Shown in pieces: positions 51,217-64,000 of a stretch of DNA of 64,000 nucleotides (its first letter is position 1; the number at the start of each line of letters is the position of its first letter). The notes beneath the pieces were generated by a model that was not told where the DNA came from, ran no database searches, and saw nothing but the letters and a program-made list of their open reading frames with translations. The stretch covers positions 1 to 64,000 of the forward strand of contig NIVC01002123.1 of the NCBI GenBank assembly GCA_002269645.1. Direction: 5' to 3'. Position numbers and translations under genes: made by a program. The stretch is from Macrostomum lignano. Taxonomy: Eukaryota.

Positions 51217-54200
51217 GGCCGCTAAGTGTAGCTCGCTGAACTCTGTGATAGTCAGTCACTCAGTCGGGGCCGGCATGTGTTCAATGGGGAAGACAGAAAG
51301 CATTGACAGATGTCTCATGCACTACTCTTAGCAACAGTTTTGTAAGTAGTACAAAATTAAAAAAAATTGAATAATTTTTACAATTAATTTAATTCTATTG
51401 TTTCTTTTAATTTTAGAAAATGATGATGGTTAAATTTTCAGTGCCACAACTAAAGACAATGATTAGTTTTCAATCTGTGCAGTATACACTGGCAAATGTT
51501 CTAATATTCTATAAATGCATACAGCATTTGAATGTGGCACACTTAGTGGTAGGAGTAAGAAGTAGCCTTTTTTCAGGCCGCACTATTTTAAAGGGACTTG
51601 AAAATTATCAGACACAGATTCTTTAATTTTTTTGCAAATTGAGGTGTAGCATCTTGCTAGTTAGTGTTATTCCAATGTCCCTAAATTCTAAAAACTTTTG
51701 TTACCTTTGCACATCCCATATTAGTTTAAATTTTCAAATTTCATGATATTTCTTCATTTTTTCTGAAAATTTCTATAACAAAATGTTTCTATGCTTAAAC
51801 TTTACATACTTTATAGTTTAATTATTAGCCATAAAGGCATTTACTCATAATAGTTACAAAACATATTATACTATATCTTTGTTATAATCCAAGAGAAATT
51901 CCTAGAACACTATTATTGTCTATAAATATACACCAGGCAAACCCAGCTAATAAGCAACTTTTTCTGATTTCTTGGCATTCAATAGCAAAGCTAAAATGAA
52001 CTACCACCTTCAAGCCTCAGTTATTTTGTTTACAGAGAAACTATATAGAAAATTTATTTTTTTGTAGGCTTAAAACAAAATATTTATGAGTAATAAACAA
52101 ATATTAGCATAAATATTTACTAAACAATGTCTATAAAAATCTATTGTTGCATTCTCTTATCACTTCTCTTATATATTTCACTGAAAGCAAGGGTAGGCAA
52201 ACTCTGGCCTATAGGCAATATGCAGCCTACAAAGCCTTTTTATCTGGCCCTTGGGTCCTTTAAAACTTTACAACTTTACAATCTAATCCACTCAAATTTT
52301 GTTTGCTTTCTAATATCCTCTCTAATCCATTTTCTTTTTTCTCCCTTTTTTTCTCTTCTTGTCTCCTTTCTTTTCTTATTTCCTTACCTTGTCTTTCTCC
52401 TAGCTATTTCCTTTCTTTACTACCTCTCCTTTCCATGTCCTTTGCATAGCTTATAGTCATGCATCAGGTCTGCTATCTGGCCCAAGAGGCAAAAACATTT
52501 GCCAACATGTGGCCTAAAGTAATAAAATTTAGCAAATCTAACACAAAAAATTAAAAAGACAAAAAAGTGAGAATGAGACATGCTTTTAAAAGTCAATATC
52601 AGTACTAAAGATGAATGGTCAAATAATAATAAAAAGGCATCTGTGAAGATATCTTAGTTAATAAAGAATACCAATTGGCAAAGAAAATCTGGGCAATTAG
52701 ATATACAGAAATTTAGGCCACCTTTGGCATTTGGGCCTGGCCTGAACTTGGGCCTCATTCTTATCATTAGGCATATCATGATTAAAGTTGGCAATTATAT
52801 TTTATTATATCTATAACCAACTATATTCTAACTACAATGGTTCTGATAGACATAGAAAGAACAAAAGAAAGATAGAAAGACTCAACTGTCAAGACCCTAG
52901 CAAAAATTGAGATTATTGCTTATGTTTGTGTTTATCTAGGCCTAATTGAGGAAGACATCAATATCATAAGGTTCTAGTCCATGACTTGTAGCTCAAGCAT
53001 GTTTTAGCTAGGTGGCCATGAGTATCTTACTTGCTCATAGAAGAAAACTGCAAGGACTGCATATGCTATGCTTAGGAGTAGGACTAGGACTTCTTTTGCA
53101 TAATACAAAGTGAGTTAGGCTTTCTAAAGGGAATAATCACTGCTGATATTTAGTGATAAAATATGGCTTTACTATGTAAATATAGAAACCAAGAACCAAT
53201 CCAAGCAGTGTGTGCCAATGGTTGTTAATGCCCGAACAAAAAAAGTGTTCAGGTGTTTGTTTAAAATATATAGGGCCCAGCACCTATCCTATATTTTGCT
53301 AGATATCCTTTGTATACACTTTTAGAAATAGAGACTTTTACTAAACTATAAAGCATTCATTTTTATAGAAAGTTTTTTATTTACTTTACTTTCATTTTCT
53401 TTGTAAATTGCATACTGTTTTCATTTTGAGTTTCTATTGATTGTTAAAATAGCTTTCTTTGATCAAAATTTAGTTACAGTTGGAATTAAGACATAAAGAT
53501 CGAGATCTTTTAGACTAGGCCTATCTAGTCATAATGAGTGGATCTGGAACAGGCTAGGCCTAGGCCTAATAATGTAGTACTGTTGTTGAATGTTGGACGC
53601 ATGATACAGCAAACAATACAGCTAACATATTTAGTAATTAGTAGAGTTATTAAAATCACATTAATAATGATAATTTTTCCATACAAAAAAACTGAACTTA
53701 AACAATGATGCACAAGCCGTACAAAAATAAAAACAACATTTCAACTAAAATAAAAAATTTACAGACAAATACTTCATTTCAAAAATACGAGTACCTATAA
53801 TCAAAAAATACTTTGATAAAACTCGTAGTTCTTAAACTTTTATGTCTTTAAAATCGCAAGGCGAACAAGTGTGCCGGTGTTTGTATGTACTAAGTTCTCA
53901 ACCATGCAAATTTAGACAAAACAAACAAGAGACGTGAAACAAGAGCGCCGGTACTAAGGACTACTAATATAATAATGGTAATAAACGATGCTGACCTTGC
54001 GACCTTGCGACGACATCATCGAGCGACCTCCATGACTACTATATTGTACGCTATACATGTATGTATGTACATTAAATTGCTAAAGCCAATAATAAATAAT
54101 AACTACTGATTACACCTGCCCCAATGGGCAGACATGCAATCGACAGCTATTGCTGGTGGTGCCAATTTTACAGATGAATTTTACAGGTGAACCAAGGACA

Positions 54201-54289
54201 ACAAAAACACTCAAACCGATTTTTAGTGCGGTTTTAGTTGACCCTGGGTGAACTGCAAAAGAAATGTAGAGTTTGTCTTGCTCACCGCA

Positions 54290-54372
54290 ACTGTTCCGAG
54301 TGGGTCGAGAATCGATAGAACCCCGGTCAGACCTTCCTAATCGTGAGTCCGATGCTCTAACAATGCACTATA
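54290..54372 (-). mobile_element. Degenerate tRNA-derived SINE-like sequence
   Basis: Minus strand TAGTGCATTGTTAGAGCATCGGACTCACGAT...GGTTCTATCGATTCTCG resembles A/B boxes; not a clean tRNA. Confidence 0.3.
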
Positions 54373-55120
54373 CATGTACACGTACATTTTTCTATAGGCA
54401 GTAACCTCCATGCAACCTCCACATGTAAACACGAACTTGCATCAAACTACCTTTGTGTTTACCATTCTTCTGATGTAAAATTTGGAACCCGATAGAAAAC
54501 TGTTATTATGGCGCCCAGATTTCAGGAAAAAAGTCGCACAATTACAGAACTGAATCACAAAATTTGTCTTTAATATCGAGCACAGGCGAAATTAATCTTT
54601 GCTGGTCACAATATCCAGAGTGCATCGATGAAAATTTATTTAATCAAGCAGTTATTCACGCCAGTCAAGATGCGCAACCACAAAAGTAACGAGTATTAAT
54701 AATAATAACAGAAGCAATTATTGAGAAAGCTACACAGCCCGAAGGCCAATTGCAAGTCGGCTGAGTAAACAGTTTAAAACACCGTTGAAAACAAAAGCGC
54801 GCATTCTGTGCTGCCTACGCTAATAAGCAAATTTAAGCGACGCAACACCTGGTTTGATAGTTAAATAGGAAATATTGATGCGCATGAGATATAAGGGACA
54901 ACTAGTGTTTTAAGCAGCTGGAATGACACTGTCTGACAGGACCGCAAGATGTGAATAATGGTTTTGTTTTCAAGGTTTGTTTGTTTTGTTTTGACTAAAA
55001 TACCAACTAAACATTAATAATTATCAAAGCGCACTTGAACGCGTAAAAAAAACTATTTTATGATTTATTGAGTGTCACGATTGAGGCTCCGAATTCGAGC
55101 TGAAGAGATCAACCTGAAGC

Positions 55121-56882
<1,762 letters not shown>

Positions 56883-58537
56883 TTCGTTTTGATATGCTGT
56901 AAGTAGAGTTTACAAAAAGATATGCAGATTGGCGCTTAGAGCAATACACAAGCCGGCGTGCTAACTGTGTAGGAGAAAGCAAGTAAGACAATTTTATTTA
57001 AGCAAAAGCGCACACGTATATATAGGGAGAAAAATAGGTCAATCAACAAGAAGTTCGTAGCAAATTCTCAATATTAAAAAGATATAAAGCAAATAAAATA
57101 ACTTTTTCCTTAGCAATTTCTGCAATAAGATACTTGTATTTAGCTAAGTACTAATGCTTAGCGTAAATTTTCTTATAACCTTTAAAAACAGGTACACAAA
57201 ATCCGGCGTATTTTTGCATAATAAAAACTCCCATAAAATTATATGCTTTCTAAGCAATAAAATTTTATATTTTTCTTGAGCATTGTTTTGAGTTTTGTCG
57301 ATAAACGCATGTAGTTATGTGCACATTTCATTTTTCGATAAATCAGTAAGTAGTTCGTATCCAGTTGGTTTTATTTCGTGCTGCGGTAACTTTTCAAATT
57401 GAGCAATTTACGAGAAAATTTAAAGAGACACTCTGAAGAAATAGATATTTTTATGTAGTACTACAAGGTTAAAGAATCGATTCCTTGTAATAGTTTGTCT
57501 ACCTATTCACCTATACTAAATATCTAATTTCCAATAACTGTATCATTTATTTTGTTATCAAATTTAATACAATCATTGTGTTGCAACTGTAGTATGCTAC
57601 TAGCATGCCTACTGCCCCTTGCCCCATGGCCATGGCCCATGTCATGGCGAATGCTAACAATATTGCAAGAGAAAGAACTTCACTAACATTTATGCAATGT
57701 ATTTAGTATTATTGTAAATATTTTTAGATGCAATGCAATAATATAAATGATTCAAGTATTGCGCATACTATTAAAATAGCCATTCAAATAATACTAAAAC
57801 TAAAAGCCTTTTTTTAGAGTTATTATATGCTACTATGTAGATTCTTGGTTTAAAAAATTGCTACTTTAAGTTTTGGTATAAAATTAATTCCCATTAATGT
57901 ATATACAAGTTAAATTTAGTTATATAGATTGTTAAATATAATGAATTAAGTATATTTTTATATATACTTATTATATTGTTTTATATTGCCTAGATATTTT
58001 TGTGAATTTATGTATTTAACTATAGGCAATGGCCTATGCTGTTTAGTTTTATATGGCATCAAAAAACAATTAATAAATAGTTTTGTATTACCATTATTAA
58101 TAAAAGGCTAATATAATCTTAATGTTGATAAGAACTAAAGTAAATATAAACTAGAATTCTAATTAGTTTAGCTTATTTAGTTTTTTAAATTAATTTTATG
58201 TTAATTTCTTGTTTTTGAATTCAAAATAGCAAATTATAAATAAAATCTACTGTATATTGTATAGTATAATAAACTATATTTGTTATGAGTACTGTCACTA
58301 TTATTGTTACAATGTTTATTATATACTTTTTTCACAGAATAATAGTTTATTATTTTGTTTTTATTGGTTTTATTATATCTAACCTTACATTTCTAGGCTG
58401 CTTAAACTATCAATTTGCTTATATCAGCTTATTGATTAAAGTCTTCAAGTCTGTAATAAACCACACACATTTTCTGCAATGGATGTGATTGGGCATTACC
58501 TGTCTAGACTTGAGAATGAGTAACCCCCTCCCCACAG

Positions 58538-59059
58538 TCACCAAGCCCAACCAACTGCACAGGAGCTGGCAAGCCAAGCAGTCCTCAAACTTCCAGCCCA
58601 GCTCCATCTGCCTCAGTCAAGGATGCTTTAGAATTGTCGCAGACGCAGGTCTTTGTTGTGGTGCTGTGCGTTGGGCTGCTGGTGCTGTTCCTGCTGGTGC
58701 TGGACACCGTGCTGCGGCGGCGTCGGCAACCCCGGTGCTGCTGTCGGTGCCGCTACCGCCTCTGCTGCCAGTCGCCCGTTGCCTCATCGCCGAGCTCCTG
58801 CCGTCTGGTGCCGTCACAGGCGGCTGTCGCAGCAGCAGCGGCGGCCGCTGACGAAGACTTCGAGCAGCGGGAGGTGGCGAGCTCCCCCCGCCAGTCCGGC
58901 CCGTCCGTTTCCACGTGCTCGGCGGCTGCGGCTGCGGCGGCTGCGCTGGCGCCGACAGGTAGCGGCGGCGACTCCACGCCGCCCTTGATGGAGGAGAACT
59001 CAACCACCTCGCCGCCTTCGTACGCCTCCTGCATGCAGCCTGAGCGGACTGCGTTGTGA
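58538..59059 (+). CDS. Terminal exon of a single-pass membrane protein with Cys-rich juxtamembrane region and PPSY motif
   Basis: Acceptor CCCTCCCCACAG at 58537; SPSPTNCTG..S/P stalk, TM VFVVVLCVGLLVLFLLVLDTVL, RRRR, CCCRC, PPSY; upstream exon not found. Confidence 0.6.
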   Translation, partial: SPSPTNCTGAGKPSSPQTSSPAPSASVKDALELSQTQVFVVVLCVGLLVLFLLVLDTVLRRRRQPRCCCRCRYRLCCQSPVASSPSSCRLVPSQAAVAAAAAAADEDFEQREVASSPRQSGPSVSTCSAAAAAAAALAPTGSGGDSTPPLMEENSTTSPPSYASCMQPERTAL

Positions 59060-59189
59060 CTGCCGGCTGACACGCCCTGGCATTTGCATGGGGATTTTTA
59101 TCCTAATGGGAATTCTGGAGTCCTGACAGAAAATAGCTCCCTCATGCGTTCTGAAACTCTGGAATCTCTAATTGACAATCCGGGAGTCC

Positions 59190-59600
59190 CTAAATGAGAA
59201 TTCTGGAATCCCTAATTGAGAATTCTGGAGTCCCTAATTGAGAATCTGGGAATCCCTAATTGAGAATCTGGGAATCCCTAATTGAGAATCCGGGAATCTC
59301 TAATTGAGAATCAGGAAATCTCTAATCGATAATTCTGGAATCCCTAATTGAGAATCCGGAAATCTCTAATCGATAATTCTGGAATCCCTAATTGAGAATC
59401 CTGGAATCTCTAATCGATAATTCTGGAATCCCTAATTGAGAATCCGGGAATCTCTAATTGAGAATCCGGAAATCTCTAATTGAGAATCCGGAAATCTCTA
59501 ATTGAGAATTCTGGAATCCCTATTTGAGAAGTCTGTAATCCCTATTTGAGAAGTCTGTAATCCCTATTTGAGAAGTCTGGAATCCCTAATTGAAAATTGT
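59190..59600. repeat. 22-bp degenerate array (CTAATTGAGAATCTGGGAATCC)
   Basis: Read directly. Confidence 0.9.
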
Positions 59601-60199
59601 TGAGTCCTGATCCCATACTACGAAATATCTCTTTGCTGACTCTAAGGGCCCCAAATCAGAAAATTTTTAATAAACAGCTAATCAAGTGTATCTCTGGTCG
59701 ACTTCTTGTGCATTTCTCGATAGTTGAAGTTTCAGCATGTTAGTGCAGTTGTCTTCATAAATTATCACGCGTCGTTTATCAATAATCAGTCGTGGCTTAT
59801 TTCGTATTGCTCAATATATTAAAGCCTTGTAGTTCGGTGTTTATATAATTTATACTTATTAACTTGACTGCAATACTTCAAACCTTGGCAGTTGAACAAT
59901 TTCTGTATATTTTTGTTATAGCTACATAGCTAGCGCATGCTTCTTTTGCCAGAGTGTTGCCTGCACTAATATCCGCTTCTAGTCTGTTTGCCGCAGTTCC
60001 GTCTAGTCAAGTTTTCGCTTTCATTTATGATTTTTCCCACTTGCATATTTAATATAGATAAATACAAAGAAATATTGAGCTTTGTTTATTAGCAAATGCT
60101 ACTTCGCAGGATGAGCAAAGAAAACTACAACTAATCAGTTTATGGTTTTATGGTGTTCGGTTATTTTGCCTACTTGTGTGACTGTTAGACTGGATCAAT

Positions 60200-61270
60200 T
60201 GGATTGCTAATCTAGCCAATGGGATTTAAGGTATAGAATGGATTGCTAATCTAGCCAATGGGGATTTAAAGTAATAGAGTGGATTGCTAATCTAGCCAAC
60301 AGGGATTTACCAGTAATGTACATGTTTAGAATGGATTGCTAATCTATGCGCAGGCATTGGATTAAGGAGTAGAATGGATTGCTAATCTGTGTGCAGGCAT
60401 TGGATTAAGGAATAGAATGGATTGCTAATCTGTGTGCAGGCATTGGATTAAGGAATAGAATGGATTGCTAATCTGTGCGCAGGCATTGGATTAAGGAATA
60501 GAATGGATTGCTAATCTGTGTGCAGGCATTGGATTAAGGAATAGAATGGATTGCTAATCTGTGCGCAGGCATTGGATTAAGGAATAGAATGGATTGCTAA
60601 TATGTGTGCAGTTATTGGAGTAAGGAATAGAATGGATTGCTAATCTGTGCGCAGTCATTGGATTAAGGTATAGAATGGATTGCTAATCTGTGCGCAGTCA
60701 TTGGATTAAGGAATAGAATGGATTGCTAATCTGTGTGCAGTCATTGGATTAAGGAATAGAATGGATTGCTAATCTGTGCGCAGGCATTGGATTAAGGAAT
60801 AGAATGGATTGCTAATCTCGCCAATGGGGATTTACCGTTATTGTAAAAGTATAGAATGGATTGCTAATCTGTGCGCAGTCATTGGATTAAGGTATAGAAT
60901 GGATTGCTAATCTGTGCGCAGGCATTGGATTAAGGAATAGAATGGATTGCTAATCTGTGCGCAGTCATTGGATTAAGGAATAGAATGGATTGCTAATCTC
61001 GCCAATGGGGATTTACCGTTGATGTAAAAGTATAGAATGGATTGCTAATCTGTGCGCAGTCATTGGATTAAGGAATAGAATGGATTGCTAATCTGTGCGC
61101 AGGCATTGGATTAAGGAATAGAATGGATTGCTAATCTGTGCGCAGTCATTGGATTAAGGAATAGAATGAATTGCTAATCTGTGCGCAGGCATTGGATTAA
61201 GGAATAGAATGGATTGCTAATCTATGCGCAGTTATTGGATTAAGGAATAGAATGGATTGCTAATCTAGCC
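60200..61270. repeat. 43-bp array (GGATTGCTAATCTGTGCGCAGGCATTGGATTAAGGAATAGAAT)
   Basis: Read directly. Confidence 0.95.
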
Positions 61271-62104
61271 TTCTAGCATTTCATTCACAATATTTCCGCG
61301 GCCCTGGCGCAAGGCCACTGGTGACGCAGGACTTGCGCCGGCCCCCAAAGCATTGAGAAATTTGCAGCCAGTCCTGCTAACTTCGCGCAGCAATGCCGCA
61401 CTGCACTACTGCGCGTGCGAGCGCGGCGGAAACTTCCAAGTCTTCTGCTGCCGGCCCACCTGGCTTGGGCTGCTCTCTTCCCTTGCCGCTATCTCGTTTG
61501 GCCTTGACAGCTTTACACGGCCTGCTCCGGTCTTATCCGTTATCAGCGGCATGTACAGCACTGGCTGCGTATTCAATAGAAACACGAGGAGATAAGCTGG
61601 ACTGGGCATTGCGACTGACTTTAACCCGATTATGCATTATAGGGGGTCATTGTAGCTGCCTAGTTATACGAGTAATTCCCAGTTTTGAGTAACTTTAATT
61701 GAATTTGTCATGAGACAATTTTGTTCGAGGATTGTTAATATTGATGTCGTCTTTGTTTAAATTATATCATTCATTCTGGTTAATGAAAAACATTGTACAA
61801 GTTTTGATAGTTTCAGTGTGTTAAACAATTTTTATTACATTTGTTTATCATGATCGGCTGTGAGAAGTACGAGTAGCAGAGTCGGGTAAACACGGCTGAT
61901 TCACAAAAATTGAACGTAGCTGCTATAAACAAAACAAATTGCCAGAAACCGGTTATAAAGTGGCCAAAACCGGTTTGTTGTATAGTGACCAATGACCTAA
62001 GTTTTCAAGGTTCTTAACTAAACTCATGTTGGCGTTGTCTCAGGTACATTATTAGCAACTTTCCTGATTTTAAAAGTAGTTCAAATGAGTTTGAAAGAAA
62101 CTAA

Positions 62105-63440
62105 ATTCTGTCACTCTCCACTCCTCAGTTCTGTCACTCTCCACTCCTCATTTCTGTCACTCTCCACTCCTCATTTCTGTCACTCTCCACTCCTCATTTC
62201 TGTCACTCTCCACTCCTCATTTCTGTCACTCTCCACTGACTTCTGTCACCCTCCACTCCTCACTTCTGTCACTCTCCACTCCTCATTTCTGTCACTCTCC
62301 ACTCCTCAGTTCTGTCACTCTCCACTCCTCACTTCTGTCACCCTCCACTGACTTCTGTCACCCTCCACTCCTCACTTCTGTCACTCTCCACTCCTCACTT
62401 CTGTCACTCTCCACTCCTCAGTTCTGTCCCCCTCCTCACTTCTGTCACCCTCCACTCCTCACTTCTGTCACCCTCCACTCCTCATTTCTGTCCCCCTCCT
62501 CACTTCTGTCACTCTCCACTCCTCACTTCTGTCACCCTCCACTCCTTACTTCTGTCACCCTCAACTCCTCAGTTCTGTCACTCTTCACTCCTCACTTCTG
62601 TAACTCTCCACTCCTCACCTCTGTCACTCTACACTCCACAGTTCTGTCACCCTCCACTCCTCACTTCTGTCACCCTCCACTCCTCAGTTCTGTCACTGTC
62701 CACTCCTCAGTTCTGTCACCCTCCACTCTTCACTTCTGTCACCCTCCACTCCTCAGTTCTGTCACCCTCCACTCTTCACTTCTGTCACCCTCCACTCCTC
62801 ATTTCTGTCCCCCTCTTCACTTCTGTCACTCTCCACTCCTCACTTCTGTCACTCTCCACTCCTCATTTCTGTCCCCCTCCTCACTTCTGTCACTCTCCAC
62901 TCCTCACTTCTGTCACCCTCCACTCCTCACTTCTGTCACTCTCCACTCCTCAGTTCTGTCACCCTCCACTCTTCACTTCTGTCACCCTCCACTCCTCATT
63001 TCTGTCCCCCTCTTCACTTCTGTCACTCTCCACTCCTCACTTCTGTCACTCTCCACTCCTCATTTCTGTCCCCCTCCTCACTTCTGTCACTCTCCACTCC
63101 TCACTTCTGTCACCCTCCACTCCTCACTTCTGTCACCCTCCACTCCTCACTTCTGTCACCCTCCACTCCTCACTTCTGTCACCCTCCACTCCTCACTTCT
63201 GTCACCCTCCACTCCTCATTTCTGTCCCCCTCCTCACTTCTGTCACTCTCCACTCATCACTTCTGTCACTCTCCACTCCTCACTTCTGTCACCCTCCACT
63301 CCTCACTTCTGTCACCCTCCACTCCTCACTTCTGTCACCCTCCACTCCTCACTTCTGTCACCCTCCACTCCTCACTTCTGTCACTCTTCACTCTTCATTT
63401 CTGTCACCCTGCAATCCTCATTTCTGTCACCCGGCACTCA
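62105..63440. repeat. 23-bp pyrimidine-rich array (CTCCACTCCTCACTTCTGTCACT)
   Basis: Read directly. Confidence 0.95.
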
Positions 63441-64000
63441 TTTCTGTCACCTTACACTTTCCTTTAATCACCCTCCACTCCATACTTTGTCATCCTCTAC
63501 TCTTGCTGAGATGAGAAATTGCAGAAATTTCAAAGCGCATAAGTGTAATTGCTGAGATTTCATGGCTCATGGGGAAATTGCTGAGATTTCATGGCTCATG
63601 GGGAAATTGCTGAGATGCTGTTTCTCAAGGGGATGCTGATATCTTAGACTAGACTAATCTGGCTTTTAGGGCTGATGATTTTTTGCAGTAAAAATCATTT
63701 TCCTTTAGAGATCAACAATGGTGACTATGCAAGGTCAGAAACTAAATGTATCGTTTATTTAAAAAATTGCAGATTACTAGACTGCCAGTAGTATTTCCAT
63801 ATTTTGATTAAAAGTTCAAAGTTTTTTCTAACAAGAAAAATAATTCAAGGATTCCCCCTTTCCGACCGTCATCGCTCGTTCTTAGCGATGGAATTTTCCT
63901 CGTTCAACTGCCGCAAGGCGGCAGCCTTCGCTGGCCCGGCCGGTGGAGATTCCCCCAGCTTGGGGTCTGGGAAAGCCCCGCCCCGAGTGTGTCTAAAAAT

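Noticed and set aside
61300-61700. GC-rich island with short ORFs (NAALHYCA, ankyrin-like)
   Set aside because: Single weak motif, no consistent splice sites or family match.
63850-64000. GC-rich coding-like sequence at the window edge
   Set aside because: Too short and truncated to assign.

Overview
Eukaryotic, intron-containing, minisatellite-rich DNA. GC-rich exons sit in AT-rich DNA. The RTE-like LINE wording and overall style suggest a free-living flatworm such as Macrostomum, but that is inference. Splice sites were traced by hand. Recognisable conserved genes: otopetrin proton channel (+), LRR1 (-), an ARHGAP12/15-family PH-RhoGAP (-) and AHCY (-, with a GC-AG intron). The most unusual part is 22.8-33.2 kb, a tandem array of four same-strand two-exon paralogs. 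Each encodes a signal peptide, one 4-Cys TNFR-A1-like domain with a family-specific F/Y-x3-F-x3-H-x2-C extension, an S/T stalk, one TM helix and a highly divergent tail. All share a phase-1 intron and have kappaB/STAT-like motifs upstream. Also found: a 51-aa secreted Cys-rich peptide gene missed by the ORF track plus a broken twin, and a 7-exon Ala-rich gene that may be the N-terminus of the otopetrin. Mobile DNA includes Gypsy, LINE, Crypton, Helitron-like and MITE remnants and an internally deleted LTR element with a tRNA-Leu PBS and TSD. There are about 20 tandem arrays and no CRISPR.
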